Shown here: piece after piece, positions 9,601 through 16,829 of the stretch | Layout of the letters: every line of letters starts with the position of its first letter | Numbering within the stretch: the first letter of the stretch is position 1 | DNA from: Escherichia coli | GTDB taxonomy: Bacteria > Pseudomonadota > Gammaproteobacteria > Enterobacterales > Enterobacteriaceae | DNA: 64,000 bases | Strand: one strand, 5' to 3' | Assembly: GCF_030013595.1 (NCBI RefSeq) | Contig: NZ_CP122769.1 | Made by a program: the position numbers and the translations under genes | Notes under the pieces: model-generated | What the model was told of the DNA's origin: nothing | Seen by the model: the letters and a program-made list of their open reading frames with translations, nothing else | Databases searched by the model: none

Positions 9601-10570
9601 TGAGCTCATTCATTATGAACAGGTTCAGGGTGGCGTCATACGAACCAATAGCCTTACCGTACATACCATTTGCTGACGCCATAACATCAGTAAAACTTGC
9701 GCCGGTAGGTGCACCATTTGCTTCGTCTGGAGTAAGGATGCCGTTTGTCTGTCCTATAAGGGAAATAGTCTGGCGAGCTTCAGCTGTACTGGTAACCTGT
9801 TTCACAGTTGACCAGACCTCATCACACGTACCAGATTTTGAACCGTTAGCGCCAACAATACTGGCAGAGGCATTCTTCAGTGCGCCTTTCATCGCCTGAT
9901 TAATCCGGTCCATGCTATCTGCCAGATTAGCTGAGAAAATATCGTTAAAAATAGTTTCTTTACCGGCAATATTTGCGCTTGAGTTTTGGGTAGCCTTCAG
10001 GCAGTTGTATGCAAGAGACTGAACGGTAGCACATACGTTCATTGGCCCTAGCCCGCTGGCCGGTTCAGGAAATGCAGAACAGTAGCCCTGGCTATCGCCG
10101 CCCCATTGCAAAAACTTCACGAATCGGATCATCGGACCGAGGGTGATGTCATCGTCCAGAGTTGTTGCAGACAGGTCCACCGGAGAAAGCGGATCAAACG
10201 CAGTTTTATAATCCTTCAGCAAACCCTGGCTTAAGTTAGTGGTGACGGTGGCCATCGCAGCAATAAAAATTGGAATTCCGTCGACGTTTCTGACCTCTCC
10301 CGACTTTACAGATTCAATAGTTACATCCACTCGAACCATTGCCATCATGAAAAGGATCAACCCCAAAAACCAGGAGAAAAACGGTAATTCATTTTTGGTC
10401 GGAGCCTGAAGCCATAGCCACGTTTTATAGAATAGGCTCACACCTGCTACAACGGCGGCCGTGGTCAGGAACTCTTTTACACCAGTATATTGAGAAAAGA
10501 TTAGGGCAATACCGGTAAAAGCCGACCAGACAAAATCAATATCACCCAGGGTATATATGTTGTAATCCAT
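6617..10570 (-). CDS. trhG: F-type T4SS mating-pair stabilisation/assembly protein TraG (IncHI TrhG)
   Basis: 1317-aa ORF; polytopic N-terminal half, long S/N/Q-rich C-terminal half; directly follows TraH as in MPF-F systems. Confidence 0.8.
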   Translation of the reverse strand: MDYNIYTLGDIDFVWSAFTGIALIFSQYTGVKEFLTTAAVVAGVSLFYKTWLWLQAPTKNELPFFSWFLGLILFMMAMVRVDVTIESVKSGEVRNVDGIPIFIAAMATVTTNLSQGLLKDYKTAFDPLSPVDLSATTLDDDITLGPMIRFVKFLQWGGDSQGYCSAFPEPASGLGPMNVCATVQSLAYNCLKATQNSSANIAGKETIFNDIFSANLADSMDRINQAMKGALKNASASIVGANGSKSGTCDEVWSTVKQVTSTAEARQTISLIGQTNGILTPDEANGAPTGASFTDVMASANGMYGKAIGSYDATLNLFIMNELRNGASKYKTPLGLASDMQLFEASLKRTNTMASQGQLWLQLSGAAIAFLEMFAYMVAPFALLMLLALGGNGVAAAAKYLQLILFVNMWPLTAVMVNAYVKKVATADLDTWSTLNSQNNAVTWMGLPGLAETYSSYLSVASALYALIPVLTLFLMTQSIHPMMNAVKGVTPDAPVDTGHVTPKVWDGPNSGKSSFGDVTRTALTSTGQGYSDGGAVDSSNFRLGMWNAGSSIANSQGQGSAVTSSVMSAASNSFQAGYSQMSEIGRSGQSSQQFSTNLQTMKQISDKIGASVAEGIATKHGVSASQMASIASNVILNAGLNGGAGTGNGAGLKAAVAGQLSSGASKTNTGSDSLSNDLSKAITNQLSQDSALTDQFSKAASQVSSDQISNTNAFKEASSKMNQATQTMAQNISTSVSTNASSNSGMSLDSKQSINLDRFSDSIRNKNFSDDDVRNFARKNGLDENAFMEKFNSYNDTFKASNQLGSQLQRTDALVAATRDFSEQKIAIDTARGETAESNKQDLRETSSLLKSLVSDFGGNAQQLLPITNQLDRISGEGSGINTITQAQDRTPDSVNTSGVMSASRVGELGGSVDSQAKLGLSSNAQDATQRVPGKSEAGFTPYNLDNAGKGDIQGIHNNNVGRTYSDEERNVLNSLKTNGPVLNNQGVEKVVNSGQDVRNAEGTFNDLEKATGGRVVGDGMDQRATALNSMYQSGQVRGLSNNTDNYFSRVANNPNLSRDDKRAELAQQAVFTYGASTMATGAEREQLKADTQKILNELGNYNVNWSMNDVQSIHSSFNTHNRADGSLESVVRANLGEGGSGGGLVGNRTQTVTDRLVGEKIEANTERGAISGALLGGQQFVSDTLTSVGAKPVNEMLTGAGILQTQTSIANDASNPANMPDSLQGKVLNHMQMSDGVAAVSDRYQSISSDGVSTYANAAQNSERAIRQQLTDDPRFGPQKADEFIQYMKSELSNTNEPYQSRVDKADQWLNENKR

Positions 10571-10578
10571 GTCAGACC

Positions 10579-11994
10579 TCAGTTACGTGTGCCACGAATA
10601 CTTTCAGTGAAAGCCTTCCGTTGCAGGCGACGGTTATCCCAGGTTGAAATGACGTCCGAGCTGGTACCGACCTGGCTGTGCGATAGCTCATAGGCGGCTT
10701 TAACCTGTTTTGAGAGATTGTCTGTTAATCGGTTGAGATCATCCCTTTTACCCGACAGCGACTCACTCGGTATGCTCATGGTTGAAATTTTGGCCTCAAC
10801 CTGGCGCAACATGTTGATTACGAGGCTCGTCGCAGCAATAGTGCTTATGTCCTGAATGTATGCGTACCCTTCCGGTGCTTCGAATGTTTGCAAAGAGTCG
10901 ATAATGGTCGGGATGCCGATATAGGAGATAATGCGTAATTCATCATCTGAAACACGAACGTCGTTGATGATTTTTTTCTGTACGTTTAAAAGAAGATCAG
11001 AAATGGTATCCTTCAATCCCTTAAAACCACCGTCATTAACTTCTGACATGACAAGGCACTGAGCCTTTCGTGGGGATGATGGATCTGGTGCCGGAGAACA
11101 CTTGAGCATTTTAATTGATCCGCCAGCTGGTGGCCCCATGATGTAATCCGTGACAGTCATGGTAGACGGGCGGACTTCCATTCCCGCTTTTTCGCCTTTG
11201 CTATCCCAGTTGATAATGACAGTACCCACGAGAGACATAAGTTGTTCTGCCAATTTATAACCGGATAACTCCGTTACCCCTCCGATGTTCATTGTTCCCT
11301 TATCAATATCCATGAACGACATATAGAAGAGGTTACCACTGAATTTTTCAGCGAACTCTTCGGGATCCTTTGCTTTAACCTGAGAAGTGACAGCTTCAGG
11401 TGACTTTGTCATCGATGAGCCAAAATCAGGAATGAGACCATTAATCGATCCCAGAATTGAGGCTGGTCCAGAGCTAACTGAGTTAGCGAACTGGCTTGGC
11501 GTACCCACGTTTTCAGAAAGGAAAGAGTAAGTTGCATTGCATGAATCTTTCGCAAATTTATTTAGCGCTTGCAGTTTGTTTTGGATGTCATTAATCGTTG
11601 CAGCACAGTCAGCACAAATAGCTGAAACAGCAACGTTAAAAGCATAGATAGCCGCACCCTGGGCAATACCACGGGCCACCTGCACAAGCTGGTCCCCGTT
11701 GATCATGCTGAAGGACCCAAGAAAAACGTCAATACCATTACAACCGACAGAAGCTTTTGGAAACGACATGGAAACAAGGTTGGTATTAACGTTTGTTGTT
11801 CGGTAAGACATTGACCCGCCAACTATGCCTGTACGGGTTGCTGTGGAAAAGGTGGCCGGGCTGGTAGACGTCATCATGCCATTGAAAATGTTACGCATTG
11901 CGTTGTCTGCATTTGCAGTCGGGGCTAAAATTGCAGCACAAACAGAAAGAGACAAAAGTAACTTTTTGAAGTTGAAAACGGCATTACTGCGCAT
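10579..11994 (-). CDS. trhH: F-type T4SS protein TraH (IncHI TrhH)
   Basis: Start set at ATG 11994 (MRSNAVFNFKKLLLSLSVCAAILAPTANA signal peptide); SVGCNGIDVFLGSFSMINGDQL matches the TraH GCGGIDxFxGSFSxIN block. Confidence 0.85.
   Translation of the reverse strand: MRSNAVFNFKKLLLSLSVCAAILAPTANADNAMRNIFNGMMTSTSPATFSTATRTGIVGGSMSYRTTNVNTNLVSMSFPKASVGCNGIDVFLGSFSMINGDQLVQVARGIAQGAAIYAFNVAVSAICADCAATINDIQNKLQALNKFAKDSCNATYSFLSENVGTPSQFANSVSSGPASILGSINGLIPDFGSSMTKSPEAVTSQVKAKDPEEFAEKFSGNLFYMSFMDIDKGTMNIGGVTELSGYKLAEQLMSLVGTVIINWDSKGEKAGMEVRPSTMTVTDYIMGPPAGGSIKMLKCSPAPDPSSPRKAQCLVMSEVNDGGFKGLKDTISDLLLNVQKKIINDVRVSDDELRIISYIGIPTIIDSLQTFEAPEGYAYIQDISTIAATSLVINMLRQVEAKISTMSIPSESLSGKRDDLNRLTDNLSKQVKAAYELSHSQVGTSSDVISTWDNRRLQRKAFTESIRGTRN
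11955..11965. repeat. Palindromic box, copy 5 (cAAAAGTAACTTTTTg), inside the trhH signal-peptide codons
   Basis: Read directly; about 20 nt from the trhF stop / trhH start junction. Confidence 0.75.
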
Positions 11995-13030
11995 AAGTGC
12001 CTCCAAAACTGCCGCCAGCATTGAGATAATTGACCGGATCGGCCGTAGGCATGTCATAGCCTTCGAGTTTTTGGTCCATTATTTTTTGAAGTAAGAATGG
12101 GTCTGATTCCATTTCGGATTTATTAACGGTAATAACGCCATCATCACCGATGGTATATTGCCTTTTAATATCTAGAGTTGACTGAAACGAAGCGTCATCG
12201 ATCAGATTCATGCCCTTCGCGGCAAGTATAATAGTGTTCTTTAATTCATCAGCGGAGATCATGCCTTCACTAATGCGCTGAGCTGATGTCCCATCCTTTG
12301 AAACCAGGAAAATTGTAGGTACCTCTCGAATTTTAAATTGATCAATAATTTGTGCATTGGGGATGTTAAAATCCTGAAAAAGGCCATTATGCAATGGCCT
12401 TCCATCCATACTGATTGGAAGAATATCTACCGAATAATAGTTCTGCATAAATTGAAGTATTTGGCTCTCTTCGTGGCAAAACTGGCAAGTACTCTGGAAA
12501 AAGAAAAATAAACCTGACTTAGTAAAGATATCTTTCATTACCGTTTGCTGATTTTTTTCAACAACAGTGCGGTGAGCATCCAGTGCCACCTTTTCCACTG
12601 GTTGCCTGCGTTTTTCAGACATCATCGGGTTTTTAAGAAAATAATCTTTTGATTTGTCAGAAAAACGCGTACTGATATCCAGCATTAACCTTTGCGCCGT
12701 GTAATAACGTGATAGATTTTCTGCGGTAGGGTTATCCATTGCCTGCGTTAACAGTCGAGGCATATTCTCTTTTAGCCATTTTGAATTTAAATCTACCTTT
12801 TCCTCTTTTGAAGGCGAGCTAGCAGCACCGGTTGGTGGCAAAACCTTTTCTTCTTCAGCTTCGCTTTTTTTAGCAGGATCGTCATACCAGAAGAAACCCT
12901 TCTTATAAGCCTGGCCTGATACAAAGGGCGTATCTTTTATTAGGGGTTGCTCAGGGCTGGCGTGGGCACCAGTAATTACCAAAGACATAAGCAAAACCAT
13001 CTTTGAAGGCGCTAATGCAATACGAGTCAT
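11984..13030 (-). CDS. trhF: F-type T4SS thioredoxin-fold protein TraF (IncHI TrhF)
   Basis: 348-aa ORF; signal peptide; FFFQSTCQFCHEESQIL parallels the TraF/TrbB CxxC thioredoxin block; AAGGAG SD. Confidence 0.8.
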   Translation of the reverse strand: MTRIALAPSKMVLLMSLVITGAHASPEQPLIKDTPFVSGQAYKKGFFWYDDPAKKSEAEEEKVLPPTGAASSPSKEEKVDLNSKWLKENMPRLLTQAMDNPTAENLSRYYTAQRLMLDISTRFSDKSKDYFLKNPMMSEKRRQPVEKVALDAHRTVVEKNQQTVMKDIFTKSGLFFFFQSTCQFCHEESQILQFMQNYYSVDILPISMDGRPLHNGLFQDFNIPNAQIIDQFKIREVPTIFLVSKDGTSAQRISEGMISADELKNTIILAAKGMNLIDDASFQSTLDIKRQYTIGDDGVITVNKSEMESDPFLLQKIMDQKLEGYDMPTADPVNYLNAGGSFGGTYAQ

Positions 13031-13623
13031 AGACCGTTCTCCTTTTCTGATGCGGTTATGATGGCATACAAAAAAAAGGTTAGAGCTCGTATAGCATGGT
13101 CGTTTTTATGTTGAAAAGGACGGAAAAGGAGTGCTGACTAAGAAGATAGTCTCGGTGATGGAAAGATCATCCATCTTGCACATTGTGAAAAATCCGGTGT
13201 AACAAAAACATGGTTTTATCGAATATCTAAAAGCAAATATTGCTTTGAAAACAGGTGTATTAAGAGCTGAAAAAAATCATCACCAGTAACGCTGTTTCTA
13301 TATTTCAAAGAAGGAATAGCTAAGGATCAAAGAAGCGAACTTAGGCAAGAATATAAAATATATTAATTGAAAGCGATTAAGAAGTCGTCATGCATAGAAG
13401 GTTTTAGAGAACCTAAGTAGTTTTACGTTTTCAACAGAAAAAAAGGTGAACATTTTTTGGAACGAAGAAAGACTGTATAAAGAAAAATCAAATTATATCT
13501 TTACTTGTCAAGAGTTAATATTTAAGTTGTAACTAATATTTGATTGTAAAGCAAACAACAGAATTTGACTTAAGTCAATATTTAGATTCAGACAAGGCAA
13601 GTTTCGCGATATCTTTTTTAAAT
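13031..13623 (-). promoter_or_regulatory. AT-rich non-coding region upstream of trhF operon (candidate promoter region)
   Basis: About 590 bp without a credible ORF; many A/T tracts; sits between the regulator pair and trhF. Confidence 0.4.
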
Positions 13624-14136
13624 TTAATCTAATTCTTCTTGAGAATACCTCTCTATGGCTGAAGCAGTTGAAGATAATCTGCAACGTGGACAATAAGCAT
13701 CATTTGTCACTGGCACAATGTATGGGCGTTTACATTTTTCGCAGGCACCTAGTTCTTCAATTTCTTTCATAGAAGTAAGGATTTCTATTATTTTATTAAC
13801 TTCCGGTGCGCATACAAAGTATCCCAGATTATGAAGGACACTCATTATTCGGTTGAAGTCAATTTGCCGAAAACTCGCTTCCGGATTTATTGGATCAAAA
13901 CCAAAATAGTTAACTGCGACATCAATAACAGCAGAAAAAGCTCGGCGGTTATCTGTGCGTTTGCTCCAGCCCCGGATACCTTTTTTGAGTTTTGTTTTTG
14001 CACCAGGCTCAAAATCGATATTTTCAGCAACATGATTACCGTACAAAATTCGTATTGTATTTTTATTTGCCCCAAGCGACATAGTCCTTGCTGCTCGCAA
14101 TAGAGCATTAGCTTTTGTTTGATCGACCTTTGCCAT
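13624..14136 (-). CDS. trhY: FlhC-like zinc-ribbon transcription activator subunit (candidate IncHI TrhY)
   Basis: 170-aa ORF; C-terminal CEKC-x15-CPRC like the FlhC zinc site; N-terminal ARTMSLGANKNTI resembles FlhC AMELITLGARLQM; start 1 nt after the upstream stop. Confidence 0.5.
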   Translation of the reverse strand: MAKVDQTKANALLRAARTMSLGANKNTIRILYGNHVAENIDFEPGAKTKLKKGIRGWSKRTDNRRAFSAVIDVAVNYFGFDPINPEASFRQIDFNRIMSVLHNLGYFVCAPEVNKIIEILTSMKEIEELGACEKCKRPYIVPVTNDAYCPRCRLSSTASAIERYSQEELD

Positions 14137-14137
14137 A

Positions 14138-14938
14138 TTAATAATCCTTTAACATAACTTTATTTGTTAAAGTGTTGAACACATCCTGACGGTGACTGGT
14201 GAACATAGTGTCATAACGTAATAGTTCCATCAAATCATCACTAACTTTTCCTAACCGGATGTCAGCAGACAATTCATAAGCCCAGGCAAAAACTTTCGTT
14301 TTAAGTGAAACACTCTCTTCAATATGCCCTTGTGAGAAAGCAATTGTACGTGGGAAAAGAACGACATCGTTAATTGTTTTTAACGATGAATAACCAATGT
14401 CTTTAATAGCATCAGCTGTAGTTGGTTTTAAACCAAAGAAAACACTTACAAACTCTGGTGCGAGCATTGAGATAAAGAACACCTGCATAAAGTAGTCATT
14501 CTGTATATCAACACATTTAGAACGCAACTCATGAATCTTCTTGGGATTATAGATATCCACTGTACCATTCAGAAAAGTCACTTTTTCACCGGCATCGTAA
14601 ATACCATAGTCAATATCATTTGTATCATATTCACGAATTACATTGGAATCACCGTCCAAGACCGCAGAAAAAAACCTCTCCCATGTAATTTCCTTTCCGA
14701 GTGTACGCGGAACCAAAAAACTACCTGGACGTGTTTCCACTTCAAAAGCTAAATCAGCGGCTGTACTAAATCCTTTCCCAAATAGGCGACGCTGGAGAAG
14801 AGGAGTCCCAGTTTGATATGCAGAAGATCCATGCACAGGCAATAACATTAAAAATGCACGGTAACTACGAATAAGCGAAATCTCAGTGCGGAAAAGTTTA
14901 CCGAGTAAGCTACGAGTTAAATTATCAGATTCTGACAT
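14138..14938 (-). CDS. trhR: Transfer activator subunit, C-terminal part weakly FlhD-like (candidate IncHI TrhR)
   Basis: 266-aa ORF, first gene leftward of the divergent region; position matches trhR of the R27 Tra1 map as I recall it; FlhD likeness is an eyeball alignment only. Confidence 0.45.
   Translation of the reverse strand: MSESDNLTRSLLGKLFRTEISLIRSYRAFLMLLPVHGSSAYQTGTPLLQRRLFGKGFSTAADLAFEVETRPGSFLVPRTLGKEITWERFFSAVLDGDSNVIREYDTNDIDYGIYDAGEKVTFLNGTVDIYNPKKIHELRSKCVDIQNDYFMQVFFISMLAPEFVSVFFGLKPTTADAIKDIGYSSLKTINDVVLFPRTIAFSQGHIEESVSLKTKVFAWAYELSADIRLGKVSDDLMELLRYDTMFTSHRQDVFNTLTNKVMLKDY
14574..14584. repeat. Palindromic box, copy 6 (gAAAAGTCACTTTTTc, centre C), inside trhR-candidate CDS
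   Basis: Read directly. Confidence 0.7.
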
Positions 14939-15014
14939 GTGCTGATTGTCCTTGCGCCATTACAATTGTTCAAATCTTCAACATGGATTTTTTGTTAGGT
15001 GTTCGGTAGGGTGA

Positions 15015-15025
15015 AAAGTAACTTT
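15015..15025. repeat. Palindromic box, copy 7 (gAAAAGTAACTTTTag)
   Basis: Read directly; about 80 bp from the trhR-candidate start. Confidence 0.8.
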
Positions 15026-15409
15026 TAGTATTTTCTTAAGGCTTGAATAAGCCTTAAATCTATCCCTTCAACCACACCGCTTACTTGTAACACTTTTTAA
15101 CCAAACTGACCAGAATTTTATCAAAATTTCTTCGCATGCTAACGAAATGTGAAGCGATTAAAAAAAAACCTAAATCCAGCCCCTCCCAACGTTGGATTAG
15201 AATAACGACGTCTTTCACTGACCGTCATAAACTGACATTTTTACTTTTCATCAACCTCATGCTTACATAGGATCACTAAACAAAAGTGTCACTATGGACA
15301 AAGTTCCATAGGGTCATTTTTTTTGGAAAAGTGGCACTAGATATATGTATAACTTTAATAGAGCAATGCACATTATCAAAAGCAATAATCCACAATGGTC
15401 ATTCCCTCA

Positions 15410-15420
15410 AAAGTAACTTT
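15410..15420. repeat. Palindromic box, copy 8 (cAAAAGTAACTTTag)
   Basis: Read directly; about 190 bp upstream of the traH-like start. Confidence 0.8.
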
Positions 15421-15606
15421 AGAGGGTAGCGATGGAAGTGAGGCTAAACTCGCTGTTACTGTTTCTGAAGGCCCCTCCCGAATGGGGGAAACAGCGAGTG
15501 CATTACATCTGTTCAATTCCCTCATCAAAGAGCATTCAAAAATCTTCTGTTCGTGAAAAAAAACGGAAATTTCCTCCGGTATAGTAATTTCACATCAGGA
15601 GGCGTC

Positions 15607-16092
15607 ATGAGTAATTCGAATCTTATAAGTTCTATAGAGCTAACACGTAAAAATTTACGTGCTCAGATTGAAGGTTTGCGTGTTGAGGCTGAAGATCTCA
15701 TTACAAAATACTGGATCAAGTGGAAGGAACGAAACCACCAAGAGATTAACCTTACCCGACATAGCAAAGTTCCAAAGAGGGAGTATCTGGGTTCTTACGC
15801 ACCAAAAGTTGAGCTAATTGGTAATGCCAGAAAAGTAACGATCACTTGGCATCAGTTCAGCCCTTATAAAACAAGAGCGCCTAGTCACATGTCAAAACGG
15901 GTGCAACCAATGAAAAGTGGAAAATATTCTAAGAACTGTTTTGTAAACCATGCCAGCTGGGAATACGAAATGATTTCTGAAACGGAAGCATTGCTGGAGC
16001 CTTACAGAGAAATGCTTGAGCTCTATCATTCAGCATATATCGAACTTGGACGAAAAATCCGTCAATACTCAAAAACTAAGGTGGCACAATGA
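15607..16092 (+). CDS. traH: Relaxosome accessory protein candidate (IncHI TraH position)
   Basis: ATG at 15607 preceded by AGGAGG (track ORF starts earlier at 15553); first gene rightward of the oriT region; no motif recognised. Confidence 0.5.
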   Translation: MSNSNLISSIELTRKNLRAQIEGLRVEAEDLITKYWIKWKERNHQEINLTRHSKVPKREYLGSYAPKVELIGNARKVTITWHQFSPYKTRAPSHMSKRVQPMKSGKYSKNCFVNHASWEYEMISETEALLEPYREMLELYHSAYIELGRKIRQYSKTKVAQ

Positions 16093-16826
16093 CCGACGCA
16101 ATTATCACGGACAATGAGCGTATTAACATTGAACCAAAAGATGTAATGGTAAAAGGTTCAAATAAAAAGCAAGGCGTAAACGCTCAAACTTCTACTCAAC
16201 GTAGACCAGAGCACCAGGGTATGGCCAAAGTTATTATTAACCCCGGCACCCCAGATTTTAACCGGTTTTTAACTGCCAGAAATGGAGCAGTCATCAGAGG
16301 TTTTGATGATGTGAGTATCGCTATTTCCTCTCTCTTTAAAACGGTTGATGCAGTTAAACATCCTGACCTTGTTCAGGCTATTCAGGATTGGTTCAACGAG
16401 CTGCATGAAGAAAACAATAAGATGAAAGAAAATCTTGTTGCTTATATTAAGTCAATTGAGTTCGACAAGAATGACTCATTCATGTCATCAACTCAGTTTG
16501 TACCTTTCAGTTTTGAACCAGTACAACTCAACTTCAATAACCACAACACCATGAGGTTTTACAAGTACATCTTCGAGATGAACCAGCTCATGAACACAAT
16601 GTATGAGTACAACTCATTGGGTTTACTGGCTGTAAGCGACTATCCGGTTATGTCTCACAACATTATAAAGAGTATTAATTTATATGTTGAGAATGTGAAA
16701 AAGACTCTGAATGTTTCTCGCCGTAAGGATGGGCCATACAGTCCAGCAGAGTTCATCACCAAAGTAATGCAATATAAAAGTGTGCAGGCATACATTGCAG
16801 CCGAACTGTCAGGCAAACGTCGATAA
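16089..16826 (+). CDS. Hypothetical protein in Dtr operon
   Basis: 245-aa ORF; ATGA start/stop overlap with the upstream gene. Confidence 0.6.
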   Translation: MTDAIITDNERINIEPKDVMVKGSNKKQGVNAQTSTQRRPEHQGMAKVIINPGTPDFNRFLTARNGAVIRGFDDVSIAISSLFKTVDAVKHPDLVQAIQDWFNELHEENNKMKENLVAYIKSIEFDKNDSFMSSTQFVPFSFEPVQLNFNNHNTMRFYKYIFEMNQLMNTMYEYNSLGLLAVSDYPVMSHNIIKSINLYVENVKKTLNVSRRKDGPYSPAEFITKVMQYKSVQAYIAAELSGKRR

Positions 16827-16829
16827 GGT

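Larger units (their letters stand above)
14939..15606. promoter_or_regulatory. Divergent promoter region and candidate oriT between trhR and traH
   Basis: 668-bp AT-rich gap between divergent operons; inverted repeats at 15036-15057, 15292-15311, 15449-15498; two palindromic boxes; the R27 oriT was mapped to the equivalent gap (recollection). Confidence 0.5.

Noticed and set aside
6758-9899. Several 60-145-aa ORFs on both strands inside trhG
   Set aside because: All are nested in or antisense to a well-supported 1317-aa T4SS gene. They are typical shadow ORFs.
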